A DNA stretch of 32,000 bases, taken from Thermofilum pendens Hrk 5 (GTDB lineage Archaea; Thermoproteota; Thermoprotei; Thermofilales; Thermofilaceae). Location of the stretch: contig NC_008698.1 of NCBI RefSeq assembly GCF_000015225.1, positions 1,110,001 through 1,142,000 on the forward strand, given 5' to 3'. This document shows, piece by piece, positions 8,351 through 14,961 of this stretch (position 1 is its first letter; the number at the start of each line of letters is the position of its first letter). The notes under the pieces are model-generated. The model ran no database searches. It had not been told where the DNA came from and saw only the letters and a program-made list of their open reading frames with translations. The position numbers and the translations under genes were made by a program.

Positions 8351-9421
8351 ATGGTTAGGGTTGTACTGGAAAACGTCTCGAAAACCTTTAAGGGAGGAGT
8401 AAACGCCGTGAAGAACCTCAACCTCACGATTAACGACAAGGAGTTCATGGTCCTTCTGGGACCCTCGGGTTGCGGCAAGACCACCACTCTCCTCATGATC
8501 GCGGGAGTATACAAGCCGACGAGCGGCTACATATACTTCGACGACAGGATAGTGAACGACCTCGAACCGAAGGATCGCAACGTAGGCATGGTCTTCCAGA
8601 GCTACGCCCTCTACCCGCACATGACCGTCTACGAGAACATCGCCTTCCCGCTGAAGCTGAAGAAGCTCCCGAAGGGGGAGATAGACAGGAGAGTGAAGGA
8701 GGTAGCCTCAATGCTTAGGATCGACAACCTGCTGGACAGGTACCCGAGGCAGCTGAGCGGCGGGCAACAGCAGAGAGTAGCGCTCGCGAGGGCTATAGCC
8801 AAGCAACCCGACATCTTCCTGATGGACGAGCCCCTCAGCAACCTCGACGCGAAGATACGCGTCGAAGTGAGGGCTGAGCTGAAGAGGCTTCAGAGAGAGC
8901 TCGGTATAACAACGATCTACGTTACCCACGACCAAGCGGAAGCGCTAAGCCTGGCCGACAGGATAGCCGTAATGAACGAGGGCGTCCTCCAGCAGGTAGG
9001 CACCCCGGACGACCTCTACAACAGGCCCGCGAACACCTTCGTTGCAGGCTTCATAGGCTCGCCTGCCGCCAACCTGGTGGACGCCGACGTAGTCGAGGCC
9101 GGCGGGGAGTACTACCTGGAGATGCTCGGGTCGAGGTTTAAGTTACCGAGCGACCTAGCGGCGATCGTCAAGGGTGAGAGCAGGGTCATCTTCATGGTGA
9201 GACCGGAGGACGTGAAGGTCGTCGAGGGTCAGGGCTTCCTCGTGTACTCCGTCGAGTGGCTGGGAAGGGAGGCTTTAGCGCACGTAAGGGCCCCCGACGG
9301 CACGTTGCTCAGAGTGCTACTCCCGCCGGAGTCGAAGCTCACAATAGGCGCGGAGGTATCGGTAACCTTTAACTACGCCAAGGTGCACGTGTACAAACCC
9401 TCGGGCGAGCTCATAGCTTAA
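8351..9421 (+). CDS. sugar ABC transporter ATP-binding protein (MalK/MsmX/UgpC-like)
   Basis: Walker A GPSGCGKTT, signature LSGGQQQRVALARA, Walker B IFLMDEPLSNLD, H-loop YVTHDQ, and a C-terminal regulatory/TOBE-like extension. Confidence 0.93.
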   Translation: MVRVVLENVSKTFKGGVNAVKNLNLTINDKEFMVLLGPSGCGKTTTLLMIAGVYKPTSGYIYFDDRIVNDLEPKDRNVGMVFQSYALYPHMTVYENIAFPLKLKKLPKGEIDRRVKEVASMLRIDNLLDRYPRQLSGGQQQRVALARAIAKQPDIFLMDEPLSNLDAKIRVEVRAELKRLQRELGITTIYVTHDQAEALSLADRIAVMNEGVLQQVGTPDDLYNRPANTFVAGFIGSPAANLVDADVVEAGGEYYLEMLGSRFKLPSDLAAIVKGESRVIFMVRPEDVKVVEGQGFLVYSVEWLGREALAHVRAPDGTLLRVLLPPESKLTIGAEVSVTFNYAKVHVYKPSGELIA

Positions 9422-9501
9422 GACCCGGTTTAAAGAGGCTCTTTCTCGCGCGTCCCGCGAGTATTTATACCTCTTAGACTCTAGAGCGGAGGTGGTAGCG
9501 G

Positions 9502-10104
9502 TTGGAGTGGGAGCGCCTGCTCAGCTTGAGGCACCTTCCGCGGACTGGCTGGGTTCTGCGCGGAGTCCCAGCATCCATAGCGGAGACAGTCGCCGACCAC
9601 TCGTTTCTCACAGCCCTCGTAGCGATCGACGTAGCCCGCCGCGCCAGGGAGCGGGGCTTCGAACTCGAACTCGAGAAGGTTCTAGCAATGAGCATTCTCC
9701 ACGACGTGGCCGAAGCGGTTACGGGGGACGTCGTGAGGTACGTCAAGCAGCTGGACGAGGAGCTGTTCGGAAAAGCGGAGGAAGAGGCCCTCCGGAGCCT
9801 CGGGCTCGGGGCGTACAGCGCCCTACTCGCAGAGCTGAGGAGGCTTGAGAGCCCGGAAGCCCTGGTCGTCAAAGCGAGCGACGACCTGGCTACGATAATA
9901 GAGGGCTCCAGGCTCCTCAGGCAGGGATACGCGGGGGTTGAAGAGATACTGGACAATGTGTGCAGGCACGTTGAAGAACTCTCGGCGAGGGCGAGGAGAG
10001 AGTTCGGGGACTCTCTGGCCGACGCCGTAGAGGCTGTCCTCAAGGATTCGGGAGCCTACTGCCCTCCACGCTCCCAGCCGCGGCGCGGGGAAAGCTTACC
10101 CTAA
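9502..10104 (+). CDS. HD-superfamily phosphohydrolase (YfbR/COG1896-like 5'-nucleotidase type)
   Basis: LRHLPRTGWVLRGV...ETVADHSF and ILHDVAEAVTGD match the H..HD..D metal-binding pattern of this family. The start is TTG; a TATA-like gtatttatac lies at 9461-9470. Confidence 0.8.
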   Translation: MEWERLLSLRHLPRTGWVLRGVPASIAETVADHSFLTALVAIDVARRARERGFELELEKVLAMSILHDVAEAVTGDVVRYVKQLDEELFGKAEEEALRSLGLGAYSALLAELRRLESPEALVVKASDDLATIIEGSRLLRQGYAGVEEILDNVCRHVEELSARARREFGDSLADAVEAVLKDSGAYCPPRSQPRRGESLP

Positions 10105-10118
10105 AGTATTTTAGGGGA

Positions 10119-11018
10119 GTGGGTTTTCTGAGGCTCGTGCTGAGAAGCCTGGCTCACGCGCTGGAAGCCGCGCGCGTATGGGCAGTAGCGATGTACGCGG
10201 TGTACGGCCTGCCGGTGCTGATCCTAGCTTCGAAAAGCCCCGGCTTCGACGCGGTCATGGCTGTCTACGGGCTTGCAGGCGGGGGCCTCATAGAAGCGTG
10301 GACCCACCTCGTGAACGACTACTTCGACTTCGTACACGGGGTAGACTTGCCGGGAGTCTCGGGGACGACGGTCTACAGGAAGCACCTGTTGGTGGAGGGG
10401 TATCCTCGGGCTAAGCTCCTCCGGTTGCTCGTAGTCCTCGCCGGGGTCGTACTGTTGATGGCATTCGTAGCCGCGGCTGTGGGCCGACCCTACGCTGTGG
10501 CTCTGGCGGCGGCCGGGCTTTTCCTCGGCTACGCGTACACGGGTCCCCCGTTTACCTTCAAGTACCGCGCCTTGGGGCACGTCAACCTGCTAGCCGGCTG
10601 GTGGCTCGTAAACACGCCGGCACTCTACTACATGGCTACGGGGTCTTTCTCCGCGAAGCCTCTCCTCGTCTCGTTGCCGGGAATACTACTCGTAATCGCT
10701 GTTCTGATGGGCGACAACATCCGGGACCTGGAGGTCGACCGGAGGGCCGGGGTAAGGACGCTTGAGGTTATCCTCGGGAAAAAGCCCTCGAGGATACTGT
10801 TCGCGGTATACGTGGCCTCGGCTTACGCCGCCCAGCTAGCCCTATCGCTCTTGCTCGGCGCCGGTATGCTTCTACCGCTCCTCTCGCTACCTCTCCTGCC
10901 AAGCGCCGTGAAAGCCGTGATGAGCGACCCTCCGCCGCCGAACACCGACCCCCTCGTGGCTAGGCTTACGCTCACGTTCTGCGCCCTGGAGTCCCTCGCG
11001 CTATGGGTGTACGTATGA
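10119..11018 (+). CDS. menA: UbiA-family aromatic prenyltransferase, MenA-like (1,4-dihydroxy-2-naphthoate polyprenyltransferase type)
   Basis: Asp-rich motifs NDYFDFVHGVD and GDNIRDLEVDRRAGVRTL follow the MenA pattern (NDxxDxxxGxD and NxxRDxxxDxxxGxxT), and the protein is polytopic. The gene symbol is tentative. An alternative in-frame GTG lies at 10137. Confidence 0.7.
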   Translation: MGFLRLVLRSLAHALEAARVWAVAMYAVYGLPVLILASKSPGFDAVMAVYGLAGGGLIEAWTHLVNDYFDFVHGVDLPGVSGTTVYRKHLLVEGYPRAKLLRLLVVLAGVVLLMAFVAAAVGRPYAVALAAAGLFLGYAYTGPPFTFKYRALGHVNLLAGWWLVNTPALYYMATGSFSAKPLLVSLPGILLVIAVLMGDNIRDLEVDRRAGVRTLEVILGKKPSRILFAVYVASAYAAQLALSLLLGAGMLLPLLSLPLLPSAVKAVMSDPPPPNTDPLVARLTLTFCALESLALWVYV

Positions 11019-12259
11019 GCAGGGTTCTGCCCTGGTACGTCCCGCCCACGCTCTTCGTGCGGCAGGTTTTATCCGCGGCGACCGTCCGGAGTGCTACGGG
11101 TTGGTCTCCCGGCTCGCGGTGGGTGAAGTCGCTGTCCTCCCTGCTGAGAAGCGCCAACGGGGCTAAAGCCATGGGGTGTTTCGGCTACGCCCCGCACCCC
11201 GTCTACGAGGTGACTGCCGCGTGCAACTTGAGGTGTGCGCACTGCCACGCGTCCGCCGGGAGGCCTTACCCCGGGGAGCTCGACACCGAGGGCGCGAAGA
11301 GGGTTATAGAGAGCCTCACGACCGTGAAGGACTTCAGAACCCTCGTCTTCACGGGCGGGGAGCCCCTCGTGAGGAAGGACATATGGGAGCTGACCAGGCA
11401 CGCGGTAGACCTGGGCTTCGGGGTCGTATTCGCAACGAACGGGGTTCTCGTCAGCGAGAGTGTCGCCGCCGAGATGCGGAGGCTGGGCGTCCTGGGCGCA
11501 GCCGTGAGCCTGGACTCTTCAAGGCCGCTTGTACACGACAAGCTGAGAGGCGTCCCGGGCGCCTGGAGGGGAGCGGTGAGGGGGATCAAGAACCTCTTGA
11601 AAGAGGGCCTATACGTGCAGGTAAACATAACCGCGAACAGGCTTAACGTCGACGAAATAGAGGATGTAGTGAGACTCGCAGACTCGCTGGGCTCCCACGT
11701 GATCTTTCTCTACACGTTCGTCTCCGTGGGGAGAGGATCGTCCAACGACTGGCTCTCCTTAACCCCGGAGGAATTCGTAAAGCTCTCCAGGAGGATCCTA
11801 AAGGTTCAGGGAGAGGTGCAGAGCCTAATCATACCAGTCGCCATGCCGTGGTACTTCCCCCTCCTCCTGCAGGAAGCCCGGCTCAAACCCGAGGTGGCGT
11901 CGAGGTGGGTATCCGGGTGCATAGCGGCTAGGGGGATGTTCTACGTAAAGCCCAACGGGGACGCCTGGCCCTGCGCCTTCATACCCGTCTCAGGGGGAAA
12001 CGTCGCCCGGCAACCAGCCATCGAGGTGTGGGAGGGAGACCTCTTCAAGGCGATACGGAACAGGGAGAACCTCGAGGAGCCCTGCAGGAGTTGCAGGTTC
12101 AGGGAGGTCTGCGGAGGGTGCAGGTCGAGAGCCTACCTAGCAACCGGGAGACTGACAGCCCCAGACCCGCTGTGCCCCCTCGTGCGCCGAAGGCTAAGCA
12201 CCTCAACGGCACCGAGCGGTCCACTACAGCCCGCCGCCAAGAGCGGCGAGCCTAACTAG
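11015..12259 (+). CDS. radical SAM enzyme with a C-terminal SPASM domain (AhbD/NirJ/PqqE-like)
   Basis: CNLRCAHCH (CxxxCxxC) cluster, GGEPL SAM-binding motif, and C-terminal Cys clusters WPCAF...CRSCRFREVCGGCRSRAY. ATG 11015 forms an ATGA overlap with the upstream stop. The ORF also opens at 11003, and the core domain begins near Met at 11171. Confidence 0.88.
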   Translation: MSRVLPWYVPPTLFVRQVLSAATVRSATGWSPGSRWVKSLSSLLRSANGAKAMGCFGYAPHPVYEVTAACNLRCAHCHASAGRPYPGELDTEGAKRVIESLTTVKDFRTLVFTGGEPLVRKDIWELTRHAVDLGFGVVFATNGVLVSESVAAEMRRLGVLGAAVSLDSSRPLVHDKLRGVPGAWRGAVRGIKNLLKEGLYVQVNITANRLNVDEIEDVVRLADSLGSHVIFLYTFVSVGRGSSNDWLSLTPEEFVKLSRRILKVQGEVQSLIIPVAMPWYFPLLLQEARLKPEVASRWVSGCIAARGMFYVKPNGDAWPCAFIPVSGGNVARQPAIEVWEGDLFKAIRNRENLEEPCRSCRFREVCGGCRSRAYLATGRLTAPDPLCPLVRRRLSTSTAPSGPLQPAAKSGEPN

Positions 12260-12382
12260 GAGACCCGCGAGGACGTACCTGACGCGCCACCTTTACAGCG
12301 AGACCATAGTCGAGGAGCCCCTTAAAGCTGTGGGTAAAGTTGCTTATCACTCACAGCACTCCCAGTTTCCCGCTTGCGATGC

Positions 12383-12396
12383 ACAAAGAAAAAGAT
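12383..12396 (-). terminator. oligo-T termination signal after the 460-aa gene
   Basis: The minus strand reads gatctttttctttgtgc immediately after the TAA stop at 12409-12411. Oligo-T tracts are the known archaeal terminator signal. Confidence 0.4.
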
Positions 12397-12408
12397 CTTC
12401 TAGCTAGG

Positions 12409-13791
12409 TTAGCCCTGACTTACTTCTGAACTTTTAACATATGCTGTGTACGATGATTGTCCATAGGTATACGCTGTGCCTCCACACCGTGGAGTAGTGT
12501 ATCCTTTAACCTCGCTGTAAAAATAATGGGTTACTATGAGAGGTTCGTAGCCATATTCTTTCCTGGGATCCAAGTAGAATATAGCAGAGGGCTCGACACG
12601 CCAAGTCGTGTCGGTAACGTGCTGGCAGGGACTATGGATCCACTTTACAATGCCAGTGTCCACGTCAACGGAGGAAGTATAGCTCATCTGATTTGGGTTA
12701 TAGCTTACCGACACTCTAGCGATTACACCACTAACTTCAGCGGATACCTCATAGCTAATGCTACTAACACACGTCATAGCATTTATAGGCCCCATGTCGT
12801 CGAAAACCTGGCCCGGGAATGTATCCGTGTGTCCATCTATCTCCGTTTTGGCCTTGTGGAGAGCCCAGTTAGCGTATGGGCAGGCTCCGCACCAAGTCGT
12901 AGCCCCATAACCTGTGGTGAGATGGTTCACATAAATCAGGAACCATTTGTAGAAGACTTCGCCAACCCTCTCTCCGTAATAGTAGTATTCACTTTTAGCT
13001 TGGAGTTTACCAACGTTGTTGTTGCAATATTTGATATAATAGGTTTTCCAATCGATAGATCCTACGTATTTAAAGCCGTTGACCTCAGTTATACTATAGT
13101 GCTTAACCTCACCGTCAACTATGCCTAAATCAATCAACCAGTTAAGTAGCTCTGCTATGTCTCTTTCAAGGTCTTCTTCTATGCTCTCTATAACTAGGTA
13201 TTCCGGAACTAGTAGATCGCCTTGACTCCTACGAGTGATAATCGAGAATAACTTAACATCGGCGGGCAGTTCTAGGTTTGGAGTTTTATTACTAAATGGT
13301 TCGCCTCCAATGTAAAGCGATAATTCGTTTAGAAAGAAGTCTCTGCCAACAAGCTCTATGAATTTATTGCCAGCATCGGAACCATAACAGGCAACAGGTT
13401 TTCTAAGTCTAACAGTGTCTTTCACGAGCTCCCTATACCTCACCCCTATGGATCCAGCCCAGTCCGAGTCTATTAGAACTACATCACTCCACTCTATCCC
13501 GCTTCTATCAAGTACACTGGATACCTTTACGTTCAGTCCTAGCTTATGCAGTGCACTCTCAGCTTTACCGGTCCTATCACCAACGCCGATCACGTAAACA
13601 TTTACGGTTTTCCTCCACTTAGCATCTTGGACCAGGTGGGTATTATTGCTGTCTTTCCAATAGCCGCCGTTACAATGTGCATATTCGCTAAACGCTTGCT
13701 GAAAGCCATTGTATAGAGCTAACGAGGCTACGAGAATCAATACGAGAACAGCCAATAAGAGCGCGCGCCCTACGCTCTTAACATGAGTCAT
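12409..13791 (-). CDS. orphan secreted or membrane-anchored protein (460 aa), function unknown
   Basis: It is the longest ORF in the low-GC island. It has an N-terminal signal/anchor (GRALLLAVLVLILVASLALY), and the mature part is rich in Tyr, Trp, Asn and Cys. The N-terminal half has an alternating beta-alpha look (VNVYVIGVGD...VVLIDSDW). The C-terminal half is beta-rich. I recognise no catalytic motif. Confidence 0.75.
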   Translation of the reverse strand: MTHVKSVGRALLLAVLVLILVASLALYNGFQQAFSEYAHCNGGYWKDSNNTHLVQDAKWRKTVNVYVIGVGDRTGKAESALHKLGLNVKVSSVLDRSGIEWSDVVLIDSDWAGSIGVRYRELVKDTVRLRKPVACYGSDAGNKFIELVGRDFFLNELSLYIGGEPFSNKTPNLELPADVKLFSIITRRSQGDLLVPEYLVIESIEEDLERDIAELLNWLIDLGIVDGEVKHYSITEVNGFKYVGSIDWKTYYIKYCNNNVGKLQAKSEYYYYGERVGEVFYKWFLIYVNHLTTGYGATTWCGACPYANWALHKAKTEIDGHTDTFPGQVFDDMGPINAMTCVSSISYEVSAEVSGVIARVSVSYNPNQMSYTSSVDVDTGIVKWIHSPCQHVTDTTWRVEPSAIFYLDPRKEYGYEPLIVTHYFYSEVKGYTTPRCGGTAYTYGQSSYTAYVKSSEVSQG

Positions 13792-13823
13792 TTTTTCCCT
13801 TAAGGAAAATATCGCGCTACATA

Positions 13824-13835
13824 GTTAAATACTTT
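13824..13835 (-). promoter_or_regulatory. TATA-like box for the 460-aa gene
   Basis: The minus strand reads aaaagtatttaa about 35-40 nt upstream of ATG 13791. It lies inside repeat copy A. Confidence 0.4.
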
Positions 13836-13917
13836 TCGCTACGCGAAGTGCACAGCTAGCACCCTGCTCCTTAGGACTGCGGGAACCAGTCTTCAGCGCT
13901 TGGGGGGCGTTGCCGGC
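13824..13917. repeat. direct repeat copy A (degenerate duplicate of the 3' end and downstream region of gene 14920..15894)
   Basis: Core 13842-13917 aligns with 14885-14961 (offset 1043) with 6 substitutions and one 1-nt indel. A weaker extension aligns gttaaatacttttcgct with gctaaattattttctct. In copy A the stop codon is mutated (cag) and the frame is broken. Confidence 0.85.
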
Positions 13918-13928
13918 GCGCGTTAATT

Positions 13929-14360
13929 TTAGCCTCTGAATTTCCTTAGCTTCTCGAGGTCTTCTAACGCGCGTATTTTCAGGATAGACGCTAAACCAGG
14001 CATTCTTTCGACGATTATCTGGCCGCTACTAAGGATTCTGTATGTAAAGGCTGGCGGTGCGTAATCAAGGAGCTGAACGTCCAGGGCAATATCTATCTTT
14101 AAAGCCTCCTGGAGCCTATCTCTAAGCCTATCAACATAGAACACTGTATCCATGAACGGTAGTTTATGGCCGAGGTAGACAGCTATATCTATGTCCCTGA
14201 AGATATCTGACGATATAAAACCACCGTGAACCACAGCTATTAAAACCTCTGGTCTATCCATAAGGAGTTGGGCTATTCTCGCTATGATCTCCCTCCTAGC
14301 ATCCCATGGAATAAACCTAGGTCTTCTAAGCTTTTCTTCAAGGATCCTTAGTTTCGACAT
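13929..14360 (-). CDS. minimal nucleotidyltransferase (MNT), antitoxin partner of a HEPN-MNT type II TA module
   Basis: NTase signature HGGFISSDIFRDIDIAV (G[GS]x9-13DxD). It overlaps the 3' end of the HEPN gene by 23 nt. Confidence 0.88.
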   Translation of the reverse strand: MSKLRILEEKLRRPRFIPWDARREIIARIAQLLMDRPEVLIAVVHGGFISSDIFRDIDIAVYLGHKLPFMDTVFYVDRLRDRLQEALKIDIALDVQLLDYAPPAFTYRILSSGQIIVERMPGLASILKIRALEDLEKLRKFRG

Positions 14361-14776
14361 ACCTTAATACCTCATCGATAAATTCTCTTACAGCTTTAGT
14401 ACCACTCCCCTTGGCCTCATTTAAAATTCTTGCATCATCTATAGCCCAATACCTGTGCACAATGATATTTCTTAAACTAGCTAGTTTAGCCATTTTCATT
14501 GCTGTTTCCATGCTGACAACCCCCTTTTCGCCCAGCTTCAAGAATGCTTCTGCATAGCTTTCCGGGGAAATCCTAAACTCCTTTTCGAGTATTGCTATAG
14601 CTATATCGGCTAGGCTTTCAACAATCAGAACTATCGAAATACCTTAGACTAAAACGCATCGTCCTATTTGCAAGAACCCTGCTAGGTTCTAAGCTACATA
14701 TTGCTTCAATCTCTTTTAATGCCTCTTCAGCGTCTTTAAGCATTGAATGCACGAATTCCCTATCCACTCCTACCAT
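14338..14776 (-). pseudogene. HEPN (DUF86) toxin gene disrupted by a single frameshift
   Basis: ATG 14776 opens a 52-codon frame (MVGVDREFVHSMLKDAEEALKEIEAICSLEPSRVLANRTMRFSLRYFDSSDC) that stops at 14618. The +1 frame is open from 14643 and continues IVLIVESLADIAIAILEKEF...ASLRNIIVHRYW...ETKDP to 14338. It carries the HEPN Rx4-6H motif (RNIIVH). Both frames are open only in 14618-14643. Confidence 0.8.
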
Positions 14777-14796
14777 GCGTTAACACCCATGGCAAG

Positions 14797-14806
14797 CTTA
14801 TATTAG
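14797..14806 (-). promoter_or_regulatory. TATA-like box upstream of the HEPN pseudogene
   Basis: The minus strand reads ggtactaatataagctt, centred about 26 nt upstream of ATG 14776 (leaderless spacing). Orientation is ambiguous because the box is near-symmetric. Confidence 0.35.
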
Positions 14807-14859
14807 TACCTCCAGTACACGTCGTAATAACTAGTGCTTAGCCTCACTGTTCGCTGAAT

Positions 14860-14961
14860 GCTAAATTATTTTCTCTGAATCGTGCGCGAAGTGCACAACT
14901 AGCACCCTGCTCCTTAGGACTACGGGAACCAGTCCTCAGCGCTTAGAGGGGCGTCGCCGGC
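14860..14961. repeat. direct repeat copy B (covers the last 14 codons (42 nt, including the stop) and about 60 nt downstream of gene 14920..15894)
   Basis: See copy A. This copy is contiguous with the intact reading frame ending ...GDAPLSAEDWFP-stop (TAG at 14920-14922). Confidence 0.85.

Larger units (their letters stand above)
12330..14884. other. low-GC genomic island (putative horizontally acquired segment)
   Basis: Hand counts of G+C per 60 nt inside the island: 13141-13200 = 23, 14101-14160 = 27, 14401-14460 = 28. In the flanks: 11161-11220 = 40 and 15001-15060 = 45. The right edge coincides with repeat copy B. Confidence 0.7.

Noticed and set aside
9474-10043. 189-aa ORF antisense to the HD-domain gene (the 118-aa +3 frame ORF at 9492-9848 is similar)
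   Set aside because: The product is Ser/Ala/Arg-rich low-complexity sequence. The HD-domain frame has the full H..HD..D motif set.
11003-11170. Long N-terminal extension of the radical SAM ORF, considered as a separate small gene or a mis-called start
   Set aside because: It is a continuous frame with an ATGA overlap at 11015. No independent stop or start signals separate it, so I kept it as part of the gene and flagged the start as uncertain.
12371-12405. Possible third, degenerate copy of the direct repeat at the left edge of the low-GC island (cgcttgcgatgcaca...ctagcta versus cgctacgcgaagtgcacagctagca)
   Set aside because: Only short blocks match (cgct, gcga, tgcaca, ctagc), and the alignment needs several gaps including a 14-nt insertion. 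This is indistinguishable from chance by eye and would need statistical alignment.
12457-13128. 223-aa ORF on the plus strand inside the low-GC island
   Set aside because: It is entirely nested antisense to the longer 460-aa ORF, which has a proper signal anchor, a TATA-like box and an oligo-T terminator. It has no motifs or start context of its own.
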